From Alphaproteobacteria bacterium (GTDB lineage Bacteria > Pseudomonadota > Alphaproteobacteria > GCA-2731375), in NCBI GenBank assembly GCA_965232515.1, contig CBDDPY010000002.1:4960001-5024000 (forward strand): a stretch of 64,000 nt of DNA, written 5' to 3'. The notes under the pieces are model-generated. The model did not search any database. It saw only the letters and a list, made by a program, of their open reading frames with translations, and was not told where the DNA came from. Shown here piece by piece: positions 8,904 to 18,137 of the stretch. Position 1 is the stretch's first letter, and each line of letters starts with the position of its first letter. The position numbers and the translations under genes were made by a program.

Positions 8904-10496
8904 ATGAATGCAAACATCTCGAATATCGTGTTCAAGGCGCTGGACGAGACCGGCGCCGGTGTCGTTCCGGCCAAGGACATCTGGGCGCGACTCGCCCAGG
9001 CCGGCCTGACCCGGGACGACCCCCGGCTGTCGGCGCTGTCCGAGCGCCTGGCGCGGCGGGCGGAGGACGGCGACGGCATGGTCGATGCCGCGTCCTTCGT
9101 CGAACTGGTCCACACCGGCCAAACGCTGTTGGAACGCACGCTGAAGGACGAGCTGGTGATCCCGCAGTTCGCGGACTTTGCCGGACACCTGCAGCGGCTC
9201 TATGACGAGATCAAGCCGCAGACGTCGGGCGAGGTCGCGAACTACATCCCGCAGCTCGCCCGCGTGGCGCCTGAACAGTTCGGCGTCTCGATCTGCACGA
9301 TCGACGGTCAGCGCCTCAACCTCGGCGACTTCGACACCAAGTTCACCTTCCAGTCTGCCTGCAAGCCGTTGCTGTATTGCGGCGCGCTCGAGGCCTGGGG
9401 CGAACAGCATGTACACCGGCATGTCGGCCGCGAGCCGAGCGGCATGTCGTTCAACGAGCTGTCGCTCAACAAGAACGGCCAGCCGCACAATCCGATGATC
9501 AATGCCGGCGGCGTCATGTCAGCCAGCTTCTGGCACCCGGACCTGCCCATGGCCGGCCGCTTCGAGCGATTGAGCGACCTGGTCGCGACACTCTCCGGCG
9601 GCCGCCGCCCCGGTTTCGACAATGCGATCTTCTATTCCGAGCGCGATACCGCCGACCGCAACTTCGCGCTGGCCCATGCCATGCGCGAGACCGGCGCCTT
9701 CCCGGAAGGTACCGATATCTTCCAGACGCTGGACCTCTATTTTTCCGCCTGCTCGATCGAGACCACGGTCGAGCGCATGGCGACGCTTGCCGCCACTTTC
9801 GCCAACGGCGGAATCTGTCCGCCGACTGGCGCGCGGGTGTTCTCCGACGCGACGGTCAAGAACTGCCTGTCGATGATGTATTCCTGCGGCATGTACGACT
9901 ATTCCGGCGAGTTCGCCTTTCGCGTCGGCATGCCGGCGAAGTCGGCCGTGTCCGGCGTGATCTTCGCGGTCGTGCCCAATGTCATGGGCATCGCCGTCTG
10001 GTCGCCACGGCTCGACAGCTACGGCAACAGCGTGCGCGGTGTGTCGTATCTCACCAGGCTGGTCGAGACCTTCAACTTCCACAACTACGACAGCCTGCTG
10101 GATTCGCAGAAGATCGATCCGCGCGTCCGGCGTCAGACCTTCGAGGCCAACGTCACCTTCAGCGCCATCAACGCCGCTAGCCGCGACGACGTCGACGAGC
10201 TGAAGCGGTTGGTTGCCTACGGCCACATGCTTGACAAGGCGGACTATGACGGCCGTACGCCGCTGCACCTGGCGGCGGTGGAAGGTCATATCGCCGCCGT
10301 CCGCTACATCCTGGCGCAGGGCGTCGACCGCACCCCGGTCGACCGGTGGGGCAACACGCCACTCGACGACGCGCGGCAGAACGGCCATGCCCGGATTGCC
10401 GATCTGCTTGCCGGCGCCGACAAGCTGCCCGGCACGGCGGGCAAGGGCGGCAAGGCCGAGGCCGACACTGCCAAGAAGGGCCGCAAGGCCGCCTGA
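8904..10496 (+). CDS. glsA: Glutaminase with N-terminal EF-hand-like region and C-terminal ankyrin repeats
   Basis: YIPQLA, catalytic QSACKP (SxxK), PHNPMINAG, CGMYDYSGEF, PAKS; C-terminal DYDGRTPLHLAAVEGH and DRWGNTPLDDA ankyrins. Confidence 0.93.
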   Translation: MNANISNIVFKALDETGAGVVPAKDIWARLAQAGLTRDDPRLSALSERLARRAEDGDGMVDAASFVELVHTGQTLLERTLKDELVIPQFADFAGHLQRLYDEIKPQTSGEVANYIPQLARVAPEQFGVSICTIDGQRLNLGDFDTKFTFQSACKPLLYCGALEAWGEQHVHRHVGREPSGMSFNELSLNKNGQPHNPMINAGGVMSASFWHPDLPMAGRFERLSDLVATLSGGRRPGFDNAIFYSERDTADRNFALAHAMRETGAFPEGTDIFQTLDLYFSACSIETTVERMATLAATFANGGICPPTGARVFSDATVKNCLSMMYSCGMYDYSGEFAFRVGMPAKSAVSGVIFAVVPNVMGIAVWSPRLDSYGNSVRGVSYLTRLVETFNFHNYDSLLDSQKIDPRVRRQTFEANVTFSAINAASRDDVDELKRLVAYGHMLDKADYDGRTPLHLAAVEGHIAAVRYILAQGVDRTPVDRWGNTPLDDARQNGHARIADLLAGADKLPGTAGKGGKAEADTAKKGRKAA

Positions 10497-10526
10497 CGAT
10501 GCGCGGCCAACGACGGGCGCTGGCGC

Positions 10527-11393
10527 CTAGTCGTTGGCCGCCATCATCACCGTGCGCCGCGCACGTCCGCGCGTTTCGACTTGCCAGATTCGATCCTCGA
10601 TCAATTCGCCGATCAGTTCACCGTGGGTGACCGGCGCCATGTGCCCGACATCCGGGATCTCCTCATGGCGGGCCGTGGGAATGTTTTCGACCACGATCTC
10701 CGCCACGCGGCGCGTCACCGCCGGTGATTTCTCGCCTGACAGCATCAATGTGGGGCAGGTGATGCCTTGGCATCGGCTCGCGACCCAGGTCTCGGACAGG
10801 CCCGCCGCGAAGTCGTGCACGACCTGTCCGGCCTGGCGTGTCAGCAGGTCGCGCACTTCGGACGGTGTCCGCGCCCAGGCGCCGTCACCGTTCCAGAAGT
10901 CGATGAACTGACTCATGCCCGCTTCCGGCACGCGGCCGGCGACGGCCTCGGCCAGCCGGCGTCCCACCAGGTCGATCTGGCGCAGCAGCGCCCGGTCGCG
11001 GCGGCCGCCCTCGCGCAGCAGATGCACCAGCACCGGCTCGTACAGCACCAGGCTGCGCACCAGATCCGGCCGCATCAGCGCAATCTTGACCGCCACGGCG
11101 GCGCCGTAGGAGTGCCCGACCAGATGCACCGGTCCCGGCCGCCGCGCGATCAGAACCGCGATCGGCGCGGCGACATCGGCCAGCCCCTGCCGGCCCGACC
11201 GCGACAGGGCATTGGACTGCCCGTAGCCCGGCAGATCGGGCGCGGTCACGCAATGCCGGCCCGTCATCCGTGCCGTCAGCGCCCGCCATTGAACGGACGA
11301 GGATGCTGAAGCGTGGAGCGCGACCACAGGGCTGCCGTAGCCCGTGCAGTCGAACGCGATAGCCGTGCTGCCGGTGTCGGTATTGAACATCAT
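10527..11393 (-). CDS. Alpha/beta fold hydrolase
   Basis: DLPGYG, nucleophile elbow GHSYG, C-terminal GHMAP. Confidence 0.88.
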   Translation of the reverse strand: MMFNTDTGSTAIAFDCTGYGSPVVALHASASSSVQWRALTARMTGRHCVTAPDLPGYGQSNALSRSGRQGLADVAAPIAVLIARRPGPVHLVGHSYGAAVAVKIALMRPDLVRSLVLYEPVLVHLLREGGRRDRALLRQIDLVGRRLAEAVAGRVPEAGMSQFIDFWNGDGAWARTPSEVRDLLTRQAGQVVHDFAAGLSETWVASRCQGITCPTLMLSGEKSPAVTRRVAEIVVENIPTARHEEIPDVGHMAPVTHGELIGELIEDRIWQVETRGRARRTVMMAAND

Positions 11394-11490
11394 GATGGGC
11401 CTCCGTTACTGGCCGGTCGTCGTGTGATGGATCACCGCGGGATCTGCGGGAACGCGTCATATCGGTGTAACGCGGCAACCGACCGGCCGC

Positions 11491-11529
11491 TTGGAAGGCA
11501 TTTGGAGATTTTCTGTAGAATTCTTACAG
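11491..11529. promoter_or_regulatory. Candidate operator between divergent hydrolase and wHTH regulator
   Basis: TTGGA (11491), TTGGA (11502) and CTGTA (11513) at 11-bp spacing; CTGTA-N7-TACAG inverted repeat at 11513-11529. Confidence 0.4.
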
Positions 11530-11580
11530 TCGCGTCATGGTGGCATTGGCCAATCCGCGAGAACGCGTTGCGAGGCGGCG

Positions 11581-13125
11581 ATGATTTACCGCTTCGCCGA
11601 CCGCGCGCTTGACACCGACCGCTGCGAGATCCGGCACGGCGAGGAGGTGCGCGCGGTCGAGCCGCAGGTTTTCGACCTGCTCTGTTATCTGATCGAAAAC
11701 CGCGCGCGCATCGTCAGCAAGGACGAGATCTTCGAGAGCGTCTGGCAGGGGCGGCTGGTGTCGGAGTCAACGCTCAGCAGCCGGGTCAAGGACGCCCGGC
11801 AGGCGATTGGCGACAGCGGCCGCGCGCAGAACCTGATCCGTACGATCCACAAGAAGGGTTTCCGCTTCGTCGCCGATGTCGTCGTCGACGCCGGGTCGGC
11901 GAGCGGTGCGACGGAGATCGCCGCGTCGCCGGCCCCGCGCGAGCACCCGTCCGTCGCGGTCTTGCCGTTCGACGATCTCTCTGCCGACCGCGATCAGGAA
12001 CATCTGGCCGATGGTCTGGTCCAGGACGTCACCATGCTGCTGGCCCGGGTGCCCGGCTTTTTCGTCATCGCCCGCAACTCGACCTTCGCCTACAAGGGGC
12101 GGCCGGTCGATGTTCGCACGGTCGCCCGCGATCTCGGCGTCCGCTACATCGTCGAAGGCAGCGTGCGCGCGGCGGGCGACAGGATCCGCGTCGCCGCCGA
12201 GTTGATCGAGGGTGCGACCGGCACGCATCTCTGGGCCGACAGCTTCGATCGCCAGCGCGCCGATCTCTTTGCCGTACAGGACGAGGTCGCCCAGGGCATT
12301 GTCGGCGCGCTGCAGCCGCAGTTGATCCTGGCCGAGGCCGCGCTGGCGCGTGGCCAGACGCCCGACAGTGTCGATGCCTGGGGCTACGCCGCGCATGCCT
12401 GGGTAACGCTGTTCGGCATGGGCCGCGCCGACACCGACCGGGCCGAGCCGTTGGCGCGCCGGGCAGTCGATCTCGATCCCGACTATGGCTTCGGGCACGC
12501 CGTGCTTGCGCAGGTGCTGTCCTGGCGGTCCTACAACGGTTGGACCGAGGACTGGTACGCCGACGCCAAAGAGGCGATCGTGGCCTCGGAACGCGCCATG
12601 GCGCTCGCCCGCAACGATCCCAACGTGGTGCTGTCGCGCGGCATGGCGCTGCACTATATGGGCCTGTTCCTGAAGGCGCATCCGGTGCTGCGGCGCGCCG
12701 TCGAGCTCAATCCCAACGCGGCGATGGCCTGCTCGTTGCTGGGCCACAGCCACGCCATTCTCGGAGAGCCGGCAGAGGGCATTCCGCTCATCGAGCGCGC
12801 ATTTCGCCTGAGCCCACGCGATCCCATGGCGTTTCTGTTCCACTGCCATCTGTCGCACGGGCATTTCTTTTCCGGCCGGTTCGAGGAAGCGCGGCAGCAC
12901 GCCGAGACGTGCCTGCAACTCGCGCCCGGCAGCATCGAGGGTCATCTCTACCTGGCCGCCGCCCTGGTCCGGCTCGATTGCGAGGACGCGGCGCGGCGCG
13001 AGATCGCCCGCATCGAGACCAATTCGCCGACGGCCGCCCTGAAGCACGTGTTCCGCCCCCGCACCGAGGGCACGCTGTGGGGCAACTACACCGACGCCCT
13101 GCGCCGGGCCGGGCTGGAGCCGTAG
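11581..13125 (+). CDS. OmpR/CadC-type winged-helix regulator with TolB_N-like and TPR domains
   Basis: MIYRFADRALD..VEPQVFDLL..LIRTIHKKGFRF; PSVAVLPF..FVIARNSTFAYKG..RYIVEGSVR; TPRs. Confidence 0.88.
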   Translation: MIYRFADRALDTDRCEIRHGEEVRAVEPQVFDLLCYLIENRARIVSKDEIFESVWQGRLVSESTLSSRVKDARQAIGDSGRAQNLIRTIHKKGFRFVADVVVDAGSASGATEIAASPAPREHPSVAVLPFDDLSADRDQEHLADGLVQDVTMLLARVPGFFVIARNSTFAYKGRPVDVRTVARDLGVRYIVEGSVRAAGDRIRVAAELIEGATGTHLWADSFDRQRADLFAVQDEVAQGIVGALQPQLILAEAALARGQTPDSVDAWGYAAHAWVTLFGMGRADTDRAEPLARRAVDLDPDYGFGHAVLAQVLSWRSYNGWTEDWYADAKEAIVASERAMALARNDPNVVLSRGMALHYMGLFLKAHPVLRRAVELNPNAAMACSLLGHSHAILGEPAEGIPLIERAFRLSPRDPMAFLFHCHLSHGHFFSGRFEEARQHAETCLQLAPGSIEGHLYLAAALVRLDCEDAARREIARIETNSPTAALKHVFRPRTEGTLWGNYTDALRRAGLEP

Positions 13126-13137
13126 AGCGTAAGCGCC

Positions 13138-14721
13138 ATGGTCGCGCTCTCCGGCATCGATCTCGCCGTCGTCGCCGTTTATCTCGTCGCCGTTATCGCC
13201 TTCGGCCTGTGGGTCGGACGCGGCGAGCGGGATGCCACAGACTACTTCCTCGCCGGCCGGGCGCTGCCCTGGTACCTGATCGGGTTCTCCTTCTATGCCT
13301 CGAATATGTCGGGCGCCAGCTTCGTCGGCCTGATGGGCGCGGCCTACAGCCACGGCATGGTGGTCTTCAACTACGAATGGACCGCCACCATCGTGCTGAT
13401 CTTTTTCGCGCTGTTCATGCTGCCGGTGTTCCTGCGCAGCCGGCTGTTCACGGTGCCGGCCTATCTCGAGACCCGCTTCGACCGGCGCGCGCGCTGGGCC
13501 TATGCCGGCTTCACGATCCTGACGCTGATGTTCATCGACACCGCCGGCGCGCTCTATGCCGGCGGCATCGTCGTCGGCACCGTTTTCCCGGGCGTCGAGC
13601 TCTGGCAGACCGGCGCCGCGCTGGCGCTGCTCGCCGGCGTCTACACGCTGTTCGGCGGTCTCAGGTCGGTCGTCGTCACCGACGCCATGCAGGCCGTGCT
13701 GATGATCATCGGCGCCGGCCTGATCTTCTGGTTCGGGCTCGGCGAGGTCGGCGGCTGGCAGGCGCTGATGACCGGTCTCGACGAGGCCAGCGTCCGCCTC
13801 ATCAAACCGGCCGACGACGGTTTTCTGCCCTGGCCGGGCGTGCTCGGCGTCATCCTGCTCGGCTTCTACTACTGGACGCTGAACCAGTATTTCGTGCAGC
13901 GCGCGCTCGCCGCCCGCACGCTCGACGACGGCCGCAAGGGTGCGCTGTTCGGCGGCCTGTTGAAGCTGCCGAACGTGTTCCTGATGATCTTGCCGGGCAT
14001 GATCGCCATCGTCCTGCTGCCGCAGCTCGACAACCCGGACCGGGTGTTCCCGACGCTCGCCTTCGAGCTCTTGCCGCTCGGCCTGCGCGGTCTGGTCCTG
14101 ACCGCGCTGCTGGCCGCCATCATGTCCAGCCTCGACAGCGCGCTCAACGCCGCCGCCTCGCTGCTGACCATGGATTTCGTTAAGCCGCTGCGGCCGGCCA
14201 CGTCGCAACGCGCGCTGCTGTTCGTCGGCCGCGGCTTCACCGCGCTGTTGATCGTCGTCGCCGCCTTCTACGCGCCGCTGATCGAGCGCTTCGGCTCGCT
14301 GTTCCAGTATTTCCAGTCGACGCTCGCCTATCTGGTGCCGCCCATCGTCGCGGTCTATCTCGGCGGCCTGTTCTGGCGGCGCTTCTCGCCGGCGAGCGGC
14401 TTCTGGGGCATCGCCGTCGGGCTGGGCGTGGGCTTTCTGCTGTTCCTGGCGCAGGAAGTGACCGGCGTCTGGACCGCGCTGGCGCTGCCCCCGATCCACT
14501 TCACCTACATGGCGCTGATCGTCTTCGGCCTCACGCTCGGCGTCATGCTCGTGGTGACGTTCGCAAGCCCGCCGCAGCCCGCGCCGCCCACGGCGTGCTT
14601 CCAATGGTCCGACCTGAAACCCGAGACGACTGCGGGCCGGTACGCCCTGTTGCGCGATTACCGCGTCCAGTCGGCGGCGCTCGCCCTGCTGATGATCGCC
14701 TTCATCGCCGCCTTCTGGTGA
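13138..14721 (+). CDS. Sodium:solute symporter (SSS/SGLT-like sugar or polyol transporter)
   Basis: DYFLAGR, SFYASNMS, NYEW, YYWTLNQYFVQRALAA, AAIMSSLDSALN; about 13 TM segments. Confidence 0.92.
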   Translation: MVALSGIDLAVVAVYLVAVIAFGLWVGRGERDATDYFLAGRALPWYLIGFSFYASNMSGASFVGLMGAAYSHGMVVFNYEWTATIVLIFFALFMLPVFLRSRLFTVPAYLETRFDRRARWAYAGFTILTLMFIDTAGALYAGGIVVGTVFPGVELWQTGAALALLAGVYTLFGGLRSVVVTDAMQAVLMIIGAGLIFWFGLGEVGGWQALMTGLDEASVRLIKPADDGFLPWPGVLGVILLGFYYWTLNQYFVQRALAARTLDDGRKGALFGGLLKLPNVFLMILPGMIAIVLLPQLDNPDRVFPTLAFELLPLGLRGLVLTALLAAIMSSLDSALNAAASLLTMDFVKPLRPATSQRALLFVGRGFTALLIVVAAFYAPLIERFGSLFQYFQSTLAYLVPPIVAVYLGGLFWRRFSPASGFWGIAVGLGVGFLLFLAQEVTGVWTALALPPIHFTYMALIVFGLTLGVMLVVTFASPPQPAPPTACFQWSDLKPETTAGRYALLRDYRVQSAALALLMIAFIAAFW

Positions 14722-14724
14722 CCG

Positions 14725-16398
14725 TCAGCCCGCTTTCACCAGGTCAGCGCCTTTCTCCGCCACGGCCACCGTCGGCGCCATGGTGTTGCCGGACGTGACG
14801 CACGGAAACACCGACGCATCGATGACGCGCAGGCCTTCCATGCCGTGCACCCGCAGGCTGGCGGGATCGGTCACCGCGTCCGCGCCGGTTCCCATCGCAC
14901 AGGTCGAGGTCGGGTGGTACATCGTCATGCAGTGGGACTTGATGTAGTTGCGCAGATCGTCGTCCGACTGCACGTCGCGCCCCGGCTCCATCTCCATGCC
15001 GACATGGTCCTTGAAGGCCGGCTGGTCGGTGATCTTGCGCATGATATGGATGCCCCGCACCAGGTTCTGCATGTCCCGGTCGTCCTGGCAGAAATTATGC
15101 TGGATCAGCGGCTGCTCGAACGGGTCGGGCGAATGCAGACCGACATGGCCGCGCGAGTAGGGGCGCAGATCCGTCGCATGCATTGCCCAGCCATGCGCGA
15201 AAAAACTGTCCGCGGCCTGGGCCGACGCGATGGTCGTGCAGAAGAACAGCTGCAGGTCGGGCCGGTCGGCGCCCTCGTGCGACCGGACGAATCCGCCGGC
15301 CTCCGCGGTGTTCGAGGTAAAGGCGCCGCGCCGCCGGAAAATCCATTTCAGCACATGGCCGATATTCTTGTGCAGCACCGGCAGCGACAGGCCATAAGTG
15401 ATCCGCGACGTCGACTTCTGCTTGACCCAGGTGTCGATGTGGTCCTGCAGGTTCTGTCCGACGCCGGGCAGTTCGTGCTGGACCTCGATCCCCTGCTTGA
15501 CGATCTCATGGCCCGGCCCGATGCCGGACAGCATCAGGATCTGCGGCGTGTTGAAGGCGCCGGCCGCCATGATCACTTCCCGTTGGGCATTGACGGTCTG
15601 CGTCATGCCATTCTGGTCGTACTCGACGCCTGTAACGCGCTTGCCGTCCAGGATCAGCCTGCGCACGCGCGCCTCGGTGATGAACTCGACGTTGGGCCGG
15701 TTCTTGCAGCCGTTGGCGTAGCCCGATTCCATGCCCCATCGCTCGCCGCCCTTCTGCTGCAGCCAGTGATAGCCGATGCCTTCCTGGCTCTTGCCGTTGA
15801 AGTCGGGATTGATGTTGTAGCCGGCCTGCTTGCAGGCCTCGAAATAGACGTGGCACATGGGATTGGGGTCGCGCGGCGGCGCCACGTTGTAGGGCCCGCC
15901 GGTGCCGTGATAGTCGAGGTCGATCTGATCCCGGACCGGCCGGCCCTCGATGTGGAAGTTCGGTGTGTAGTCGGGATTGGTCGCGATCTCGAAGTTCTCG
16001 GACTTCTTGAAATATTTCAGCATCTCGTCGCGGCCCCAGCCAGGGGCGCCCAGCGCCTCCCACTGGTCGTAGTCTTCGTGCTGGCCGCGGATATAGATCA
16101 TGCCGTTGATCATCGACGAGCCGCCCACCGCCTTGCCGCGCGGCAGGTCCAGCGCCGCGCCGCCCAGGCCCTGGTTGGGCTCGCCCTTGAACAGATAGGT
16201 CATTTTCGGGCCGCCCATGAACGCGAGGTTCGGCATCATGAACGTCACCATGCCGAGCGGCATCTTCACGATCGTCTTCGTGTGATTTCCGGCCTTGCCG
16301 TATTCCAGGATGCCGACCCGCACGTTGGGGTCTTCGCTCAGGCGGTAGGCAAGCACACAGCCCGCCACGCCGCCGCCGACGATCACATAGTCATACAT
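14725..16398 (-). CDS. GMC family FAD oxidoreductase (choline/alcohol dehydrogenase-like)
   Basis: True start MYDYVIVGGGVAGC at 16398; PRGKAVGGSSMING, GQNLQDH, YHPTSTCAMG, GLRVIDASVFP, GNT. Confidence 0.92.
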   Translation of the reverse strand: MYDYVIVGGGVAGCVLAYRLSEDPNVRVGILEYGKAGNHTKTIVKMPLGMVTFMMPNLAFMGGPKMTYLFKGEPNQGLGGAALDLPRGKAVGGSSMINGMIYIRGQHEDYDQWEALGAPGWGRDEMLKYFKKSENFEIATNPDYTPNFHIEGRPVRDQIDLDYHGTGGPYNVAPPRDPNPMCHVYFEACKQAGYNINPDFNGKSQEGIGYHWLQQKGGERWGMESGYANGCKNRPNVEFITEARVRRLILDGKRVTGVEYDQNGMTQTVNAQREVIMAAGAFNTPQILMLSGIGPGHEIVKQGIEVQHELPGVGQNLQDHIDTWVKQKSTSRITYGLSLPVLHKNIGHVLKWIFRRRGAFTSNTAEAGGFVRSHEGADRPDLQLFFCTTIASAQAADSFFAHGWAMHATDLRPYSRGHVGLHSPDPFEQPLIQHNFCQDDRDMQNLVRGIHIMRKITDQPAFKDHVGMEMEPGRDVQSDDDLRNYIKSHCMTMYHPTSTCAMGTGADAVTDPASLRVHGMEGLRVIDASVFPCVTSGNTMAPTVAVAEKGADLVKAG

Positions 16399-16409
16399 TG
16401 CTAGCCTCC

Positions 16410-17213
16410 CTACTTGCCGATTCCGGATGTCAGGCCACGCACCAGCCAGCGCTGGAAGAAGATGGCCAGGAAATAGACGGGCACCATGGCGGCAAGCGAC
16501 GCCACCGCCATCTGCCCGAAGCGCAGCTGACGGTCGCCCTGATAGAGCGACAGGCCGACGGGCACGGTCTGGGTGTCCTCGCTGCGCGCCAGAAAGGACG
16601 CGAACAGGAACTCGTTGTAGGACAGGACCAGGCAGATGATGCCCGTGCTGGCGATGCCCGGCATCAACAGCGGGATCACGATCCACCTGAGGATCTGTAT
16701 CTGGTTCAGGCCGTCGATCTGCGCCGCTTCTTCGACGTCGACCGGCAGGCGCCGCACGAATGACGACAACAGCCAGAACGCCACCGGCAGGTTCATCACG
16801 CCATAGACCAGCGACATGCCGGCGAGCGTGTTCACCAGCCCGAGATTCTTCAGCAGAAAGAATAGCGGGAACAGCGCCACGATCGGCGGCGCCACGTAGC
16901 TGCCCAGAATCACCGCCGGCAGCCATGGATGGCCGAGATTGGACCGCGCGATCGCATGCGTCGCCGGCACCGCGATGAACAGCGTGATCAGCGTGCCGCA
17001 CGCGGCGGCGATTGCCGAGTTGGCCAGATACTTATCGAGCGCGATCGACGCGAAGGCGTCCGGATAGTTCTTCCAGAACAGCACGGTCGGAAACACGTCG
17101 CCGGTGGCGATGTCGGCCTGGCTCTTCAGCGAGACCATGGCCATGTAGAGGATCGGAAAGGTGAAGAAGGCGAGCGCCAGCGCCAGCAGCGGCAGATAGA
17201 CCCGGCGCTTCAC
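16410..17213 (-). CDS. Carbohydrate ABC transporter permease (MalG-like)
   Basis: EAA loop VEEAAQIDG, NEFLFA, 6 TM. Confidence 0.9.
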   Translation of the reverse strand: MKRRVYLPLLALALAFFTFPILYMAMVSLKSQADIATGDVFPTVLFWKNYPDAFASIALDKYLANSAIAAACGTLITLFIAVPATHAIARSNLGHPWLPAVILGSYVAPPIVALFPLFFLLKNLGLVNTLAGMSLVYGVMNLPVAFWLLSSFVRRLPVDVEEAAQIDGLNQIQILRWIVIPLLMPGIASTGIICLVLSYNEFLFASFLARSEDTQTVPVGLSLYQGDRQLRFGQMAVASLAAMVPVYFLAIFFQRWLVRGLTSGIGK

Positions 17214-18133
17214 GACAGCCTCGCGTCGGCGCGGTCATGCGCCATGGTGAACGGTACGGTCGCCAGCCCGACGACGATGGCGAACAGGATCGTCTGCGTC
17301 GCGGCCATGCCGATATCGAACTGCTGGATCGCGACCCGGTAGATGTAGAAGCTCGAGACCGTTGTCGCCTGTCCCGGACCCCCGGCCGTCAGCACGAAGA
17401 CCAGGTCGAAGACCTTGAAGGCGATCACCAGCTTCAGGACGGCAATGCCGATCAGCGCCGGCAGCAGCATCGGCAGCGTGATGAAGCGAAAGATCTGGAA
17501 GTGCGTCTGGCAGTCGAGCTGCGCCGCGTCGAAGACCTCCTCCGGCAGCGTCTGCAGGGCCGCGAACGCCATCAGCGCCACGAACGGGCTCCATTGCCAG
17601 ACGTCGGCGACGGCAAGGAAGAAAAACGCCGATGCCGGCTGGCCGAGGAAGCTGACGGGCTCGCTGATGATCGCCAGGTCCGCCAGGAACCCGTTCAGCC
17701 AGCCGCCCTGCGGCATCAGGATCAGCTGCCACATCACCGCCACCGTCACGGGCGGCGTCAGCAGCGGCAGCAGGATCAGCGTGCGGATCAGGTCCCGGCC
17801 CTTGACGGCCTGGTCGAGCAGCAGCGCGAGCGCGACGCCGAGGACCATCGCCATCCCCGTCGTCAGAAAGGAAAACCCGACCGAGCGGGCAATCGTCGCG
17901 GTGAACTTGGCATCGCCGACGGCGTCGGCATAGTTCGAGAATCCGACCCAGTCCTGAAACACCCGGCCGAGATTGCTTTCCGAGAACGACAGGAACAGCA
18001 GATAGACGAACGGATAGACGGCGAACACGACGATGCCGAGGATCATCGGCAGCGCCAGCATCCAGGCGATGCGCCGGCCCGAGAACCACGAGACCCTCGG
18101 GCCGGTACGCGTTACAGCCATCGACACGGACAA
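17210..18133 (-). CDS. Carbohydrate ABC transporter permease (MalF-like)
   Basis: WVGFSNY, DVWQWSPF, AFKVFDLVFVLTAGGPG. Confidence 0.9.
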   Translation of the reverse strand: MSVSMAVTRTGPRVSWFSGRRIAWMLALPMILGIVVFAVYPFVYLLFLSFSESNLGRVFQDWVGFSNYADAVGDAKFTATIARSVGFSFLTTGMAMVLGVALALLLDQAVKGRDLIRTLILLPLLTPPVTVAVMWQLILMPQGGWLNGFLADLAIISEPVSFLGQPASAFFFLAVADVWQWSPFVALMAFAALQTLPEEVFDAAQLDCQTHFQIFRFITLPMLLPALIGIAVLKLVIAFKVFDLVFVLTAGGPGQATTVSSFYIYRVAIQQFDIGMAATQTILFAIVVGLATVPFTMAHDRADARLS

Positions 18134-18137
18134 TGGC

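Noticed and set aside
11767-14604. Very long antisense ORFs (945 aa here; also 23979-27392, 34022-36172, 53621-56374)
   Set aside because: They are shadow frames opposite well-supported genes, expected in high-GC DNA, and carry no family motifs.
14725-17001. 758-aa ORF suggesting an N-terminally extended GMC enzyme
   Set aside because: The extension overlaps the ABC permease in another frame; the real start is MYDY at 16398 with a GGAGG RBS.
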